Below, piece by piece: positions 9,081-19,087 of a DNA stretch of 64,000 bases (the first letter of the stretch is position 1; each line of letters opens with the position of its first letter). The stretch comes from Myxococcota bacterium (GTDB lineage Bacteria; Myxococcota_A; UBA9160; SZUA-336). The translations under genes and the position numbers were made by a program. The notes beneath the pieces were generated by a model. It saw only the letters and a program-made list of their open reading frames with translations, did no database searches and was not told the DNA's origin. The stretch lies in contig CBDFGR010000003.1 of assembly GCA_965247115.1 (NCBI GenBank), forward strand, positions 576,001 through 640,000. The letters are read 5' to 3'.

Positions 9081-10159
9081 TGCTGTACCACCTCCTCTTC
9101 GAGCAGCTGGCCGGCCAGTTCTCGGCACTGAACGTCTTTCGCTATCTCACGTTTCGCTCGGTCGGCTCCGCGCTCACGGCCCTGCTCATCGCGTTCATCG
9201 TCGGCCCGACCCTGATCAAGTGGCTCGAGAGCCGACAGGTCGGGCAGACGATCCGGGACGATCCTCCCGAACGTCACCAGGAGAAGGCCGGAACGCCCAC
9301 CATGGGGGGCGTACTGATCCTGCTCGCCGTCCTGACGAGCACGCTGCTCTGGGCCGAATGGACGAACCCGTACGTGTGGATCGTGGTGGGCGTGACCGTG
9401 GGCTGCGGTCTGCTCGGGTTCGCGGACGATTACACGAAAGCGGTGCGCAAGCAGCCCGCCGGGATTCGCGCCCGCACCAAGCTGCTCTGGCAGATCGCCA
9501 TCGCCTGCGTGGCCACGATCGTGCTGTTCCGGCTGCCCGGCTTCGACGCACAGATTTCGCTCCCGCTCGTAAAGGATTTCCACCCCTCCATCGGCTGGCT
9601 GTACGTGCCCTTCGCCGTCGTGTTCATCGTGGGGTTCTCCAACGCCGTCAACCTGACAGATGGCCTGGACGGCCTCGCCATCGGACCGACCATGATCACG
9701 GCGGGGGTGATCGGGCTCTTCGCCTACGTCGTGGGCAACAGCGTGATCGCCAGCTACCTCGAGCTCAAATACGTGCCGGGCGTCGGCAGCCTCGCGATCA
9801 TCTGCACGGCGCTGATCGGAGCCGGGCTCGGCTTCTTGTGGTTCAACACCTACCCCGCCTCCCTGATCATGGGAGACACGGGCGCTCTCGCCCTGGGCGG
9901 AGCCCTCAGCACCGTGGCCGTGATCATCCGCCAGGAGGTCGTGCTCGCCGTTGCCGGCGGCATCTTCCTGGTCGAGATGTTCTCCGTCATCGTGCAAGTG
10001 GCCTCGTACAAGCTGCGTCGGCGGCGCGTCTTCCGCATGGCGCCCATCCACCATCACTACGAGCTCCGAGGCTGGCCGGAGCCGCAGATCATCGTCCGCT
10101 TCTGGATCGTGTCGGTGATCCTGGGGCTCGTTGCAGTCTCGACGTTGAAGCTGCGATGA
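9080..10159 (+). CDS. mraY: Phospho-MurNAc-pentapeptide transferase MraY
   Basis: KAGTPTMGG, DDYTK, NAVNLTDGLDGLA, MGDTG, FRMAPIHHHYE. Confidence 0.98.
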   Translation: MLYHLLFEQLAGQFSALNVFRYLTFRSVGSALTALLIAFIVGPTLIKWLESRQVGQTIRDDPPERHQEKAGTPTMGGVLILLAVLTSTLLWAEWTNPYVWIVVGVTVGCGLLGFADDYTKAVRKQPAGIRARTKLLWQIAIACVATIVLFRLPGFDAQISLPLVKDFHPSIGWLYVPFAVVFIVGFSNAVNLTDGLDGLAIGPTMITAGVIGLFAYVVGNSVIASYLELKYVPGVGSLAIICTALIGAGLGFLWFNTYPASLIMGDTGALALGGALSTVAVIIRQEVVLAVAGGIFLVEMFSVIVQVASYKLRRRRVFRMAPIHHHYELRGWPEPQIIVRFWIVSVILGLVAVSTLKLR

Positions 10160-11481
10160 GCTACGAGAACCGACACGTTCTGGTGCTGGGGATGGGCCGC
10201 TCGGGCGCAGCAGCACTCGAGCTGTTGTTGCGCAACGGCGCGCGCGTCAGCGCGTACGATCGCGATCCCGCAGCACTCGCCGATCTTCCAGCAGCGGCGT
10301 CGAGGATCGACCAGGCCGAGCTCCCCGAGTTCTCCGACTACGACGCGGTGATCGCAAGCCCGGGGTTCGCGCTCTCTTCCGCCCAGGAGCTGATGCCCGA
10401 GGTGGATCTCGCGGCGGAGTTCCTGGACCTCCCGATCGTCGGCGTGACGGGCACGAACGGCAAGAGCACCGTCACCGTGATGATTGGCGAGATGCTGCGG
10501 GCGAGCGGCCTCGAGACGGGCGTTGGAGGCAACCTCGGGACCCCGCTCTGTACGTTCGTCGACCAGCCCGAGCTCGAGTGTCTCGTGGCGGAGCTCTCGA
10601 GCTTTCAGCTCGAGCACGCGTGCAAGCTTCGGGTTCGGGTCGCCGTGCTGACAAATCTGGCACCAGACCATCTCGACCGTCACGAGAGCTACGAAGCCTA
10701 CGGAGCCGCGAAAGCCCGCCTCGCCGAGCTCCAGGGCCCCGACGACACCTTGGTCGCGAACCTGGACGACTCCTGGGCGGAACAGGTGGCGCGCTCGGCG
10801 CCCGCTCGGTCGTTCGGTTTCTCGGAACGGCGTGCGCTCGATCAGGGCGCGTTCGTCGACGACTCGGCACTCGTCGTCGTACGCGATGGCGCGGTGCGGC
10901 TTCGCGTAGCGCTCGCAGCGCTCTCGAGTGCGGCGCGCGCTCCACTCGCGAACGCGCTCGCGGCCTGCGCCGCAGCCGTCGCGATGGAGGCGGAGCCGGA
11001 AGCCATCGCCGGAGTCCTGGCGAGCTTCCGGGGCTTGCCACACCGGGTCTCGGAGGTCTGCATCCGCAACGGCGTTCGCTACGTCGACGACTCCAAGGCC
11101 ACGAACCCCGCCGCAGCAGTAGCCAGCCTGAGCGCGCAGGAAGCACCCGTCGTGTGGATCGCGGGAGGTCGCAACAAGGGCCTCGAGTTCTCGCCTCTGG
11201 TCCCCGCCGCCAGCCGCGCGCGGGCAGTGGTCGTCTACGGCGAGTCCGCAACTGAGCTGGCCCGCACCTTCGCGGGCACGACCAACGTCGTCACGAGCTG
11301 CAAGCTCGAGAGCGCCGTGCGCGAGGCCGCTGCCCGCGCGCAGCCTGGCGACGTCGTGCTACTCGCACCCGCCTGTGCAAGCCACGACCAGTTTCGCTCG
11401 TACGAAGAGCGCGGCGACCGCTTCGCCGAGCTGGTACGTGCGCTCCCCGAGAGCGGTGCCGCAGGGGGCGAGACGTGCTGA
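10156..11481 (+). CDS. murD: UDP-MurNAc-L-Ala--D-Glu ligase MurD
   Basis: GMGRSG, TGTNGKSTVT, GGNLG, ELSSFQL, DHLDRH, DDSKATN, PACASHDQF. Confidence 0.97.
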   Translation: MSYENRHVLVLGMGRSGAAALELLLRNGARVSAYDRDPAALADLPAAASRIDQAELPEFSDYDAVIASPGFALSSAQELMPEVDLAAEFLDLPIVGVTGTNGKSTVTVMIGEMLRASGLETGVGGNLGTPLCTFVDQPELECLVAELSSFQLEHACKLRVRVAVLTNLAPDHLDRHESYEAYGAAKARLAELQGPDDTLVANLDDSWAEQVARSAPARSFGFSERRALDQGAFVDDSALVVVRDGAVRLRVALAALSSAARAPLANALAACAAAVAMEAEPEAIAGVLASFRGLPHRVSEVCIRNGVRYVDDSKATNPAAAVASLSAQEAPVVWIAGGRNKGLEFSPLVPAASRARAVVVYGESATELARTFAGTTNVVTSCKLESAVREAAARAQPGDVVLLAPACASHDQFRSYEERGDRFAELVRALPESGAAGGETC

Positions 11482-12584
11482 GCCGGCTCGGAACGCAGCA
11501 GCTGATCGTCGCAGCCACCCTCCTGCTGGGCGGCGGCATCGTCATGATCTACAGCGCCAGCGCCGTCCGCTCCGAGCTCATCTTCGGCAGCTCCTGGGTG
11601 TACGTCGGGCGCCAGCTCGCGGGACTGGGGCTCGGCGTGGTGGGCGCCCTGGTGCTGGCCACGATCCCGCTCGAGTGGTTGCGGCGCCTGGGCTACGTCG
11701 CATACGCCGGCGCGCTCATCGCGTTGATCGCGACGCTGGGCCCGTGGGGCGCGACCGAGAACGGCGCCAGGCGCTGGCTCTCGCTCGGTGTCGTCACCTT
11801 CCAGCCGCTCGAGCTCGCCAAGCTCGGTCTGGTTCTCGGACTGGCGCAGTGGCTGTCGGCTCGCAGTGAGCGGATGCACGACTTTCGCGTCAGCATCCTC
11901 GTGCCCGGGCTGTTCGCGCTGGTGCCCGCCATCGTTCTCCTGCAGCAGCCCGACTTCGGGGGCGCCTCGCTCGTTCTGCTGTTCACCGCCGCCATGATCT
12001 ATGCAGCGGGCGCGCGCCTCGACCATCTTGCCGTCACCGGACTGGTCACGGTTCCCGCCATCTTCGCTGTCGCGCTCCTCGCCGACTACCGCCTGCATCG
12101 TTTCAAGGGCTTCGTCGACCCGTGGGCAGACCCGCTGGGTGGCGGCTACCAGCTCATTCAGTCCCAGCTCGGCTTCGGGGCGGGCGGACTCTTCGGCGCG
12201 GGCTTCGGTGCCGGTCAGCAAAAACTGGGCTACCTGCCCGAGGCCCACACCGACTTCATCCTGTCTGTGATCGGCGAAGAGACCGGCTTGCTCGGCGTGG
12301 TCTGCGTTCTCGTCTGTCTCGCCATCATCGGGCTGGCATCCCTCGGCATCGCCGCGCGCGCCAAGACGCCGTTCGCCCGGCTTGTTGCCGTAGGCGCGAG
12401 CCTGTTGTTCTGGCTTCAGGGAATGCTCAACGCGGGCGTCGCCATGGGTCTGCTCCCTACCAAAGGAACGACGCTCCCACTCGTCTCCTACGGCGGCACA
12501 TCCCTGGCCGTCAGCCTGGCCGCGTTCGGGCTGCTGCTGAACGTCGCGCGCCCCAGCCGGCGCGGGAGGAAGGGATGGCGCTGA
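11475..12584 (+). CDS. ftsW: SEDS peptidoglycan polymerase FtsW
   Basis: NGARRW, FQPLELAK, QPDFG, LPEAHTDFI, LLPTKGTTLPLVSYGG. Confidence 0.97.
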   Translation: MLSRLGTQQLIVAATLLLGGGIVMIYSASAVRSELIFGSSWVYVGRQLAGLGLGVVGALVLATIPLEWLRRLGYVAYAGALIALIATLGPWGATENGARRWLSLGVVTFQPLELAKLGLVLGLAQWLSARSERMHDFRVSILVPGLFALVPAIVLLQQPDFGGASLVLLFTAAMIYAAGARLDHLAVTGLVTVPAIFAVALLADYRLHRFKGFVDPWADPLGGGYQLIQSQLGFGAGGLFGAGFGAGQQKLGYLPEAHTDFILSVIGEETGLLGVVCVLVCLAIIGLASLGIAARAKTPFARLVAVGASLLFWLQGMLNAGVAMGLLPTKGTTLPLVSYGGTSLAVSLAAFGLLLNVARPSRRGRKGWR

Positions 12585-13654
12585 CGGTGGTGTTCGCGGG
12601 TGGGGGCACGGGCGGCCACATCTCCCCGGCGCTGGCGCTGGCCCAGACGATTCGTCGACGCGAGCCCGACGCGAGCCTGCGCTTCATCGGATCGGAGCGG
12701 GGACTCGAGCGCACGCAGGTGCAAGGTGCCGGCTTTCCCATCGACCTGGTTCCGAGCAGACAGGTCCTGGGGCGTGGCGCGTTGGGGACGGTTGCCGCCG
12801 TCCTTGCCGCAGCGCGCGGGATCGTTCGCGCGCTCTCGCTCCTGCGCAAAGCGAGCCCCGCGCTGGTGATCGGCGTGGGTGGGTACGCGTCGGTTCCCAC
12901 TGTGGTCGCCGCCCGCCTCCGCGGGATCCCGATCGTCCTGCTCGAGCCCGACGCCCTGCCCGGACGCGCGAACCGTCTCCTGGCTCGCATTGCCCGACGC
13001 ATCTTCGTGCAGTTCGACGCGGCACTGGAGCACCTGCCGCAGGGGCGTGGTCTGCTCACGGGCCTGCCCGTACGCGAGCTCCCCCCAAGGACGGACGCTG
13101 GGACAACCGCGGAGTGCCACGTCGTGATCACCGGCGGGAGTCAGGGTGCGCGCTCCCTCAACCGTGCCATGAGCGCTGCGCTTCCCCGGCTGGTTTCCCT
13201 GGCCAAGCTCCGGATCACCCACCAGACCGGCGAAGCAGACGTGGACCAGGTCAGAGACGCCTACAGGGCAGCTGGCGTGGAGGCCGAGGTCGCGGCGTTC
13301 TTCGACGATCTGCACGCGCTCATCGCCGCTGCGGACCTGGTCGTCGCACGCGCGGGCGCAAACACCTGCGCCGAGCTCTGCATCGCCCACACGGCATCCA
13401 TCCTGGTGCCCTACCCCTTCGCGGCGAACGACCATCAGACCGCGAACGCCCGCGACCTGGAGCGTTCGGGGGCGTGCGTGGTAATCCCGGACTCGGAGCT
13501 AGACACACGGCTCGCAGACGAGGTCCTCGCACTCGTCTGCAACCCGGAGCGGCGCAGCGAGCTGGCAGACTCCGCGGCCGCGCGCGCTCGCCCCGATGCT
13601 GCGGAGCGGATCTGGGCGGAGTGCAGCGCGCTCATCGAGGAGTCGAGACGATGA
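12575..13654 (+). CDS. murG: GlcNAc transferase MurG
   Basis: GGGTGGHISPALA, GGYAS, TGGSQGA, RAGANT, DHQTANA. Confidence 0.97.
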   Translation: MALTVVFAGGGTGGHISPALALAQTIRRREPDASLRFIGSERGLERTQVQGAGFPIDLVPSRQVLGRGALGTVAAVLAAARGIVRALSLLRKASPALVIGVGGYASVPTVVAARLRGIPIVLLEPDALPGRANRLLARIARRIFVQFDAALEHLPQGRGLLTGLPVRELPPRTDAGTTAECHVVITGGSQGARSLNRAMSAALPRLVSLAKLRITHQTGEADVDQVRDAYRAAGVEAEVAAFFDDLHALIAAADLVVARAGANTCAELCIAHTASILVPYPFAANDHQTANARDLERSGACVVIPDSELDTRLADEVLALVCNPERRSELADSAAARARPDAAERIWAECSALIEESRR

Positions 13655-15030
13655 GACACCGCGTGCAGCACGTGCACTTCGTCGGCATCGGCGGCGTCGG
13701 GATGTGCGGTCTCGCGGAGATCCTGCATGTGAGCGGCTACTCGGTGTCGGGCTCCGATATGCGCGAGAACGCAATGACGCTCCGGCTCCAGGAGCTTGGG
13801 GTGCGCGTCTCGATCGGCCACCAGGCCGCAGCGATCAGAGAGGCCGACGTCGTGGTCTACTCCTCCGCGATCCGCGGCACGAACCCGGAGCTCGTCGCAG
13901 CGGACGAGCAGGGGATCCCGGTGATTCCGCGCGCCGAGATGCTGGCCGAGCTCATGCGGATGAAGTACGGCATCGCCATCGCGGGCTCGCACGGCAAGAC
14001 AACGACGACCTCGCTCGTCGGGGCCGTGCTCGCAGCCGGCGAGCTCGACCCGACGACGATCGTGGGCGGGATGGTCAAGAGTCTTGGTGCGAACTCGCAG
14101 CTCGGCGCAGGGGACATCCTGGTAGCAGAGGCGGACGAGAGCGACGGGTCGTTTCTGCGCCTGGTGCCGACAGTGGTTGTCATCACCAACGTGGATCGCG
14201 AGCATCTCGAGCACTACGGCAGCTACGAGAGGCTGGAGCGCTCGTTTCTCGACTTTGCGAACCGCGTGCCGTTTTACGGCGTGAGCGTGCTGTGCCTGGA
14301 CGACCCCGGAGTGCAGCGTCTGCTGCCCGAGATCTCCCGGCGCACGATCACCTACGGACTGTCGGCGCAGGCGGACGTCGGTGCTGAGCGGATCGTGCCG
14401 CAGGGTCTGGCGACCCGCTTTCGACCACGCGCTCGGGGAGAATCCTTGGGCGAGCTGCGGCTCGCGATGCCGGGGGAGCACAACGTGACAAACGCGCTCG
14501 CAGCACTCGCCGTCGGCCTGGAGTTCGGCGTTCCCTACGAGCGCATCAAGGCCGCGCTCGAGGAGTTCCGGGGAGTCGGGCGCCGCTTCGAGATCCTCGG
14601 CGAGCGCGCTGGCGTACTCGTGATTGACGACTATGCGCACCACCCAGCGGAGATCCGGGCCACGCTCGCCGCAGCCCGGCAGGGCCTCGGGCGGCGCCTG
14701 ATCGCAGTCTTTCAGCCGCACCGCTACACGCGGACGCGCGACCTGTTCGACGACCTCGCCCGCGCGTTTCACGACGCGGACCGGCTCTTGCTGATCGATA
14801 TCTATGCGGCTGGCGAGGAGAAGCTCGCCGGCGTGTCCGCGAGCGCGCTCGCCGAGGCAGCCCGGGAGTTCGGCCACCAGGGGGTGCACTTCGTGGCGGA
14901 GAGGGAGGAGCTCCTCGCCTCGCTGCGGGAGGTCATAGAGCCCGGCGACGCCGTGATCTTCATGGGTGCCGGAGACATCGGCCGGCTCGCACACGCATTC
15001 GCAAGCGGCGGGGAGGGCTCAACCGATTGA
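13651..15030 (+). CDS. murC: UDP-MurNAc--L-Ala ligase MurC
   Basis: HFVGIGGVGM, GSHGKTTTT, EADESDGSF, DDYAHHPAE, FQPHRYTRT. Confidence 0.98.
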   Translation: MRHRVQHVHFVGIGGVGMCGLAEILHVSGYSVSGSDMRENAMTLRLQELGVRVSIGHQAAAIREADVVVYSSAIRGTNPELVAADEQGIPVIPRAEMLAELMRMKYGIAIAGSHGKTTTTSLVGAVLAAGELDPTTIVGGMVKSLGANSQLGAGDILVAEADESDGSFLRLVPTVVVITNVDREHLEHYGSYERLERSFLDFANRVPFYGVSVLCLDDPGVQRLLPEISRRTITYGLSAQADVGAERIVPQGLATRFRPRARGESLGELRLAMPGEHNVTNALAALAVGLEFGVPYERIKAALEEFRGVGRRFEILGERAGVLVIDDYAHHPAEIRATLAAARQGLGRRLIAVFQPHRYTRTRDLFDDLARAFHDADRLLLIDIYAAGEEKLAGVSASALAEAAREFGHQGVHFVAEREELLASLREVIEPGDAVIFMGAGDIGRLAHAFASGGEGSTD

Positions 15031-15937
15031 TGCCGATCTACAGAGCGAGCTTCGCACGCGGTTCGGCAGGCGCGTTCTCTTCGACGAGCCTCTGGCGAAC
15101 TACACGTCTCTGCGTGTGGGAGGCCCCGCCGACGCCCTGGTCCGCGTCGACGACCGGGACGAGCTACACGAGCTGTCGGATCTATGTCGATCTCACGCCG
15201 TACCGATCAGCGTCATCGGCGGAGGCTTCAACACACTCGTCCGGGACGGCGGCCTGCGCGGCGTGGTCGTACGCCTGCAAGGGTTCCGCAAGATCGAGAA
15301 CGTGGCGGGCGGGGGCCTCTTTGCCGAGGCGGGCGTCACGCACTCGACTGTCTCACGCTTCTGTGCCGACCACGGCCTGGGGGGGCTCGAGTTCGCAGTC
15401 GGCATTCCCGGCAGCGTTGGCGGTTGGCTCGTCATGAACGCGGGAATTCCCGACCGCGAGATGAAAGACGTGGTGCGGAGCGTCGACGTGCTCGATCCCG
15501 CCAGCGCTCACATCGAGACACGAGAGCGCGGCTGCCTGCGCTTCTCTTATCGCATGCTCGAGCTCGCGCCTGGGAGCGTGCTGCTGGCCGCTCACTTTGA
15601 AACCTCTAGCGGCGACCCCAAAGAGATCCAGGCAACCATGCGCCGCTACATGTCGGCGCGTCGCGACACACAGCCCGTCGACCAGCGGTCCTGCGGATCC
15701 GTCTTCAAGAACCCGGAGAACGATTACGCCGGGCGGCTCATCGAGGCGGCCGATCTCAAAGGTGCCCGGGAGGGGCGAGCCGAGATCTCGACCCTGCACG
15801 CGAACTTCATCGTGAACCGCGGCGGGGCGAGCGCGAGCGACGTGCTCCGCTTGATCGACCGCGCGCGGGACGCGGTCCGTGCAAAGTTCCAGATCTCACT
15901 CGAGACCGAGGTCCGCGTGACGGGAGCAGAGGCATGA
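15026..15937 (+). CDS. murB: UDP-N-acetylenolpyruvoylglucosamine reductase MurB (start uncertain: ATT 15026 or GTG 14966)
   Basis: YTSLRVGGPAD, GLEFAVGIPGSVGG, MNAG, SCGSVFKNP, HANFIVN, LETEV. Confidence 0.95.
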   Translation: MDADLQSELRTRFGRRVLFDEPLANYTSLRVGGPADALVRVDDRDELHELSDLCRSHAVPISVIGGGFNTLVRDGGLRGVVVRLQGFRKIENVAGGGLFAEAGVTHSTVSRFCADHGLGGLEFAVGIPGSVGGWLVMNAGIPDREMKDVVRSVDVLDPASAHIETRERGCLRFSYRMLELAPGSVLLAAHFETSSGDPKEIQATMRRYMSARRDTQPVDQRSCGSVFKNPENDYAGRLIEAADLKGAREGRAEISTLHANFIVNRGGASASDVLRLIDRARDAVRAKFQISLETEVRVTGAEA

Positions 15938-16674
15938 CGCCGCAAGCTCGCAGGAGCTGGCCATGGCTGCTGGCCGCGGTGGGCTTCGTTGTCACGACCG
16001 TTGCTACCGGCCTTACCTACGCTGCGAGCGCCGCGAACGTGGAGTTGCCCGATCTCCGGGTGAGGCTGCGAGCCTTGGAGCTCGGCACCGTCGAGTTCGT
16101 GGGACTCGAGCGCCTCGACGCGGAGGCGCTCTGGAGCCGCGCGAAGCTCGCGAAGGGCACAGCTCTGATCGACGTCGATGGGAAGCAGGTTGCAGCTCGC
16201 ATCGCGGGGCATCCGCGCGTCGAGCGCTGTACCGTATTGCGGCTCCCGCCCGATCGGCTGCTGATCGGCGTGCGCGAGCGCGTTCCCGCCGCCGTGGACG
16301 CAGAGACGGGCGAAGGCGTCGACGAGCGGGGAGCGTCGTTTCCACTCGTCGACGGCGAGGCGGAACTGCTGCCGCGGGTCGAGGGCAGCGTTCAGGCGGC
16401 CCTTCCACTGCTGCGGGCCGCACACGAGCTGCGCGTACGGATCCGGTCTGTCCGTGCACGCGACCCGAGGGACCTGCGCTTTCGGTCCTGGGAAGACGGG
16501 GTCGACGTACGGGTCGGACGAGACGCGCGCGACTCGCTCATGAGCTGGATCCGTCTGCGCGACAGCGGGCTGATCGAGGTGTACGGAGCGCACCAGGTGG
16601 ATCTCCGATTTGCCGGGAGCGCGGTGCTGCGAGACCTGCGAGAGAAACAGGGGGGTGAGGATGGGACGTCATGA
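15934..16674 (+). CDS. ftsQ: Cell division protein FtsQ/DivIB
   Basis: N-terminal TM, POTRA-like segment (RLPPDRLLIGVRERVP), C-terminal VDLRF; upstream of ftsA. Confidence 0.88.
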   Translation: MTPQARRSWPWLLAAVGFVVTTVATGLTYAASAANVELPDLRVRLRALELGTVEFVGLERLDAEALWSRAKLAKGTALIDVDGKQVAARIAGHPRVERCTVLRLPPDRLLIGVRERVPAAVDAETGEGVDERGASFPLVDGEAELLPRVEGSVQAALPLLRAAHELRVRIRSVRARDPRDLRFRSWEDGVDVRVGRDARDSLMSWIRLRDSGLIEVYGAHQVDLRFAGSAVLRDLREKQGGEDGTS

Positions 16675-17890
16675 CGAGCTGATCGTCGGGCTGGATATCG
16701 GGACCACGAAGATCTGTGCGGTCGTCGCGGAGTCGACTGCGGAGAACGTGGACATCATCGGCATCGGTAGCCACCCGTCGAGGGGTCTGCGGAAGGGTGT
16801 GGTGGTCGATATCGACGCGACCGTCGACTCGATCCGCAAGGCCGTCGACGAGGCGGAGCTCATGGCGGGCTGCGAAATCAACGCCGTCTACGCGGGGATC
16901 GCGGGCGGCCACATCGACGCCCGCAACGAGATCGGCATGGTCGCCATCAAGGACCGCGAGGTGAAGCAGAGCGACGTGAAGCGCGTGATCGACCAGGCGC
17001 AAGCGATCGCCATTCCCGCCGACCGCGAGGTGATCCATGTGATCCCGCAGGAGTACAAGATTGATGGGCAGGACGGCATCAAGCACCCGGTCGGGATGTC
17101 GGGCGTGCGGCTCATCTCGCGCGTGCACATCGTGACCGCGGCCGTGACCTCCGCGCAGAACGTGATCAAGTGCTGCAACAAGGCCGGGCTCAACGTCATC
17201 GATATCGTGCTGGAGCCACTCGCCTCCAGCAAAGCCGTGCTCGCACCCGACGAGACCGAGCTCGGTGTTGCGCTTATCGACCTGGGCGGCGGTACGACCG
17301 ACCTCGCGGTCTTCCAGTCGGGCTCGATCAAGCACTCGGCCGTCCTATCGCTCGGCGGCTATCACCTCACGAACGATGCTGCCGTCGGGCTGCGCACTCC
17401 GTTCGACCAGGCTGAGCGGCTCAAGCGCCGCTTTGGCTGCGCCGCGGCGCGCTACATGCCGAGAGAGGAGCTGCTGGTCGTACCCGGCGTCGGAGGTCGG
17501 CCTCCCCGGGAAGTCAGCCGCAAGACCCTCGCGGAATTCCTCGAGCCGCGCGTCGAGGAGATCCTCACGCTCGTCCACGAGCAGCTCGGCCGCACCGGGT
17601 ACCTCGGGCGCATTCCCTCGGGAATCGTATGCACGGGCGGATCGAGCGCACTCGAGGGTCTGCCCGAGCTGGCAGAGGAGATATTCGAGCTACCGGTGCG
17701 ACGCGGCATCCCGCGCGGCATCGGTGGGCTCGCGGATCGAGTTCAAGGACCGGAGTTCGCGACCGGCGTTGGACTCGCCATGTGGGGTTCTAAACGAAGA
17801 GCGCGTCCCCGCTTTCGGATCTACGACGGCTCCTCGTTTCGAAAGGTTCGTGCACGCATGCGCGACTGGCTTTACGGAGAACTGAGCTAA
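16661..17890 (+). CDS. ftsA: Cell division protein FtsA
   Basis: VGLDIGTTKI, GLRKGVVVDI, IDLGGGTTD, TGGSS, FATGVGL, C-terminal amphipathic helix. Confidence 0.98.
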   Translation: MGRHDELIVGLDIGTTKICAVVAESTAENVDIIGIGSHPSRGLRKGVVVDIDATVDSIRKAVDEAELMAGCEINAVYAGIAGGHIDARNEIGMVAIKDREVKQSDVKRVIDQAQAIAIPADREVIHVIPQEYKIDGQDGIKHPVGMSGVRLISRVHIVTAAVTSAQNVIKCCNKAGLNVIDIVLEPLASSKAVLAPDETELGVALIDLGGGTTDLAVFQSGSIKHSAVLSLGGYHLTNDAAVGLRTPFDQAERLKRRFGCAAARYMPREELLVVPGVGGRPPREVSRKTLAEFLEPRVEEILTLVHEQLGRTGYLGRIPSGIVCTGGSSALEGLPELAEEIFELPVRRGIPRGIGGLADRVQGPEFATGVGLAMWGSKRRARPRFRIYDGSSFRKVRARMRDWLYGELS

Positions 17891-17913
17891 CTTAGCGACA
17901 GGGGGGTAGAGAG

Positions 17914-19086
17914 ATGATTGCTTTCGAGCAGGACAACAACTTGCAGGCGCGAATCAAGGTCGTGGGGGTCGGCGGTGCCGGCGGCAACGCGGTCAACACG
18001 ATGATCGGTGCCGGCCTGAACGGCGTCGACTTCGTGGCGACGAACACGGATGCGCAGGCACTGGGGGAGAACCTGGCAGGGACGAAGCTCCAGCTCGGCG
18101 AGCGGGGCCTCGGTGCTGGTGCCGATCCAGAGCTGGGGAGGAAGTGCGCCGAGGAGTCGCGCGAGCGCTTGCGAGAGCAGCTCGAGTCCGCCGACATGGT
18201 CTTCGTCACCGCGGGACTGGGCGGGGGCACAGGGACCGGCGGGGCGCCGGTAGTGGCGGACGTCGCCAAGGAGATCGGCGCTCTCACCGTCGCAGTGGTG
18301 ACCAAGCCCTTCCTCTTCGAGGGCTCGGTCCGCGCGCGTCAAGCAGAGAGCGGGATCGACGCGCTCCACGACGTGGTGGACACGCTCATCACCATTCCGA
18401 ACACCCGCCTGCTCGAGATGGCGGGTGCGGATACGGTGATCACGGACGCATTCCGGCTCGCAGACGAGGTGCTGCTGAACGCGGTTCAGGGGATCTCGGA
18501 CCTGATCACCGTGAACGGCATGATCAATCTCGACTTCGCCGACGTGCGGACCACCATGAACGAGATGGGCATGGCGCTCATGGGGACCGGCCGCGCCAAG
18601 GGCGACAACCGGGCGGTCACCGCCGCGCAGCAGGCGATCTCGAATCCGCTGCTTGAAGACCTCTCCATCAAGGGGGCGAAGGGCGTGCTGCTGAACGTGA
18701 CTGGCGGCCCGAACATGACACTCCACGAGGTCAACCAGGCTGCCATGCTCATCCAGGAGCAGGCGCACGACGAGGCGAACATCATCTTCGGCTCTGTCAT
18801 CAACGATGAGATGGACGAGGAGATCCGCGTCACCGTGATCGCCACGGGCCTCTCGGACCGGACACGGGTGCGCCGGCGCGAGCTGCACGAGGAGTCGCTG
18901 GACAACGTCACGCCCCTACACCCGCCGGCCCGCGAGGACGGAGACGCAGCAGCAGAGCTCGGCCCCGAAAGTCTTGCGGAGTCCACTCTGGAGACCGGTG
19001 AAGCCGCCGAGGCCGAGTTCATCTCGCCCTTCGACGAGGAGTTCGACGTTCCGGCCTTCATCCGCAAGACGCGTGATTCGGGGTAG
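17914..19086 (+). CDS. ftsZ: Cell division protein FtsZ
   Basis: [18 protein letters not shown] signature, NLDFADV, C-terminal DVPAFIRK. Confidence 0.99.
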   Translation: MIAFEQDNNLQARIKVVGVGGAGGNAVNTMIGAGLNGVDFVATNTDAQALGENLAGTKLQLGERGLGAGADPELGRKCAEESRERLREQLESADMVFVTAGLGGGTGTGGAPVVADVAKEIGALTVAVVTKPFLFEGSVRARQAESGIDALHDVVDTLITIPNTRLLEMAGADTVITDAFRLADEVLLNAVQGISDLITVNGMINLDFADVRTTMNEMGMALMGTGRAKGDNRAVTAAQQAISNPLLEDLSIKGAKGVLLNVTGGPNMTLHEVNQAAMLIQEQAHDEANIIFGSVINDEMDEEIRVTVIATGLSDRTRVRRRELHEESLDNVTPLHPPAREDGDAAAELGPESLAESTLETGEAAEAEFISPFDEEFDVPAFIRKTRDSG

Positions 19087-19087
19087 A

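Noticed and set aside
8513..14000. Apparent long N-terminal extensions on MraY, MurD, MurG and MurC in the ORF track
   Set aside because: These are off-frame overlaps with the upstream genes; the true starts are the coupled ATGs at 9080, 10156, 12575 and 13651.
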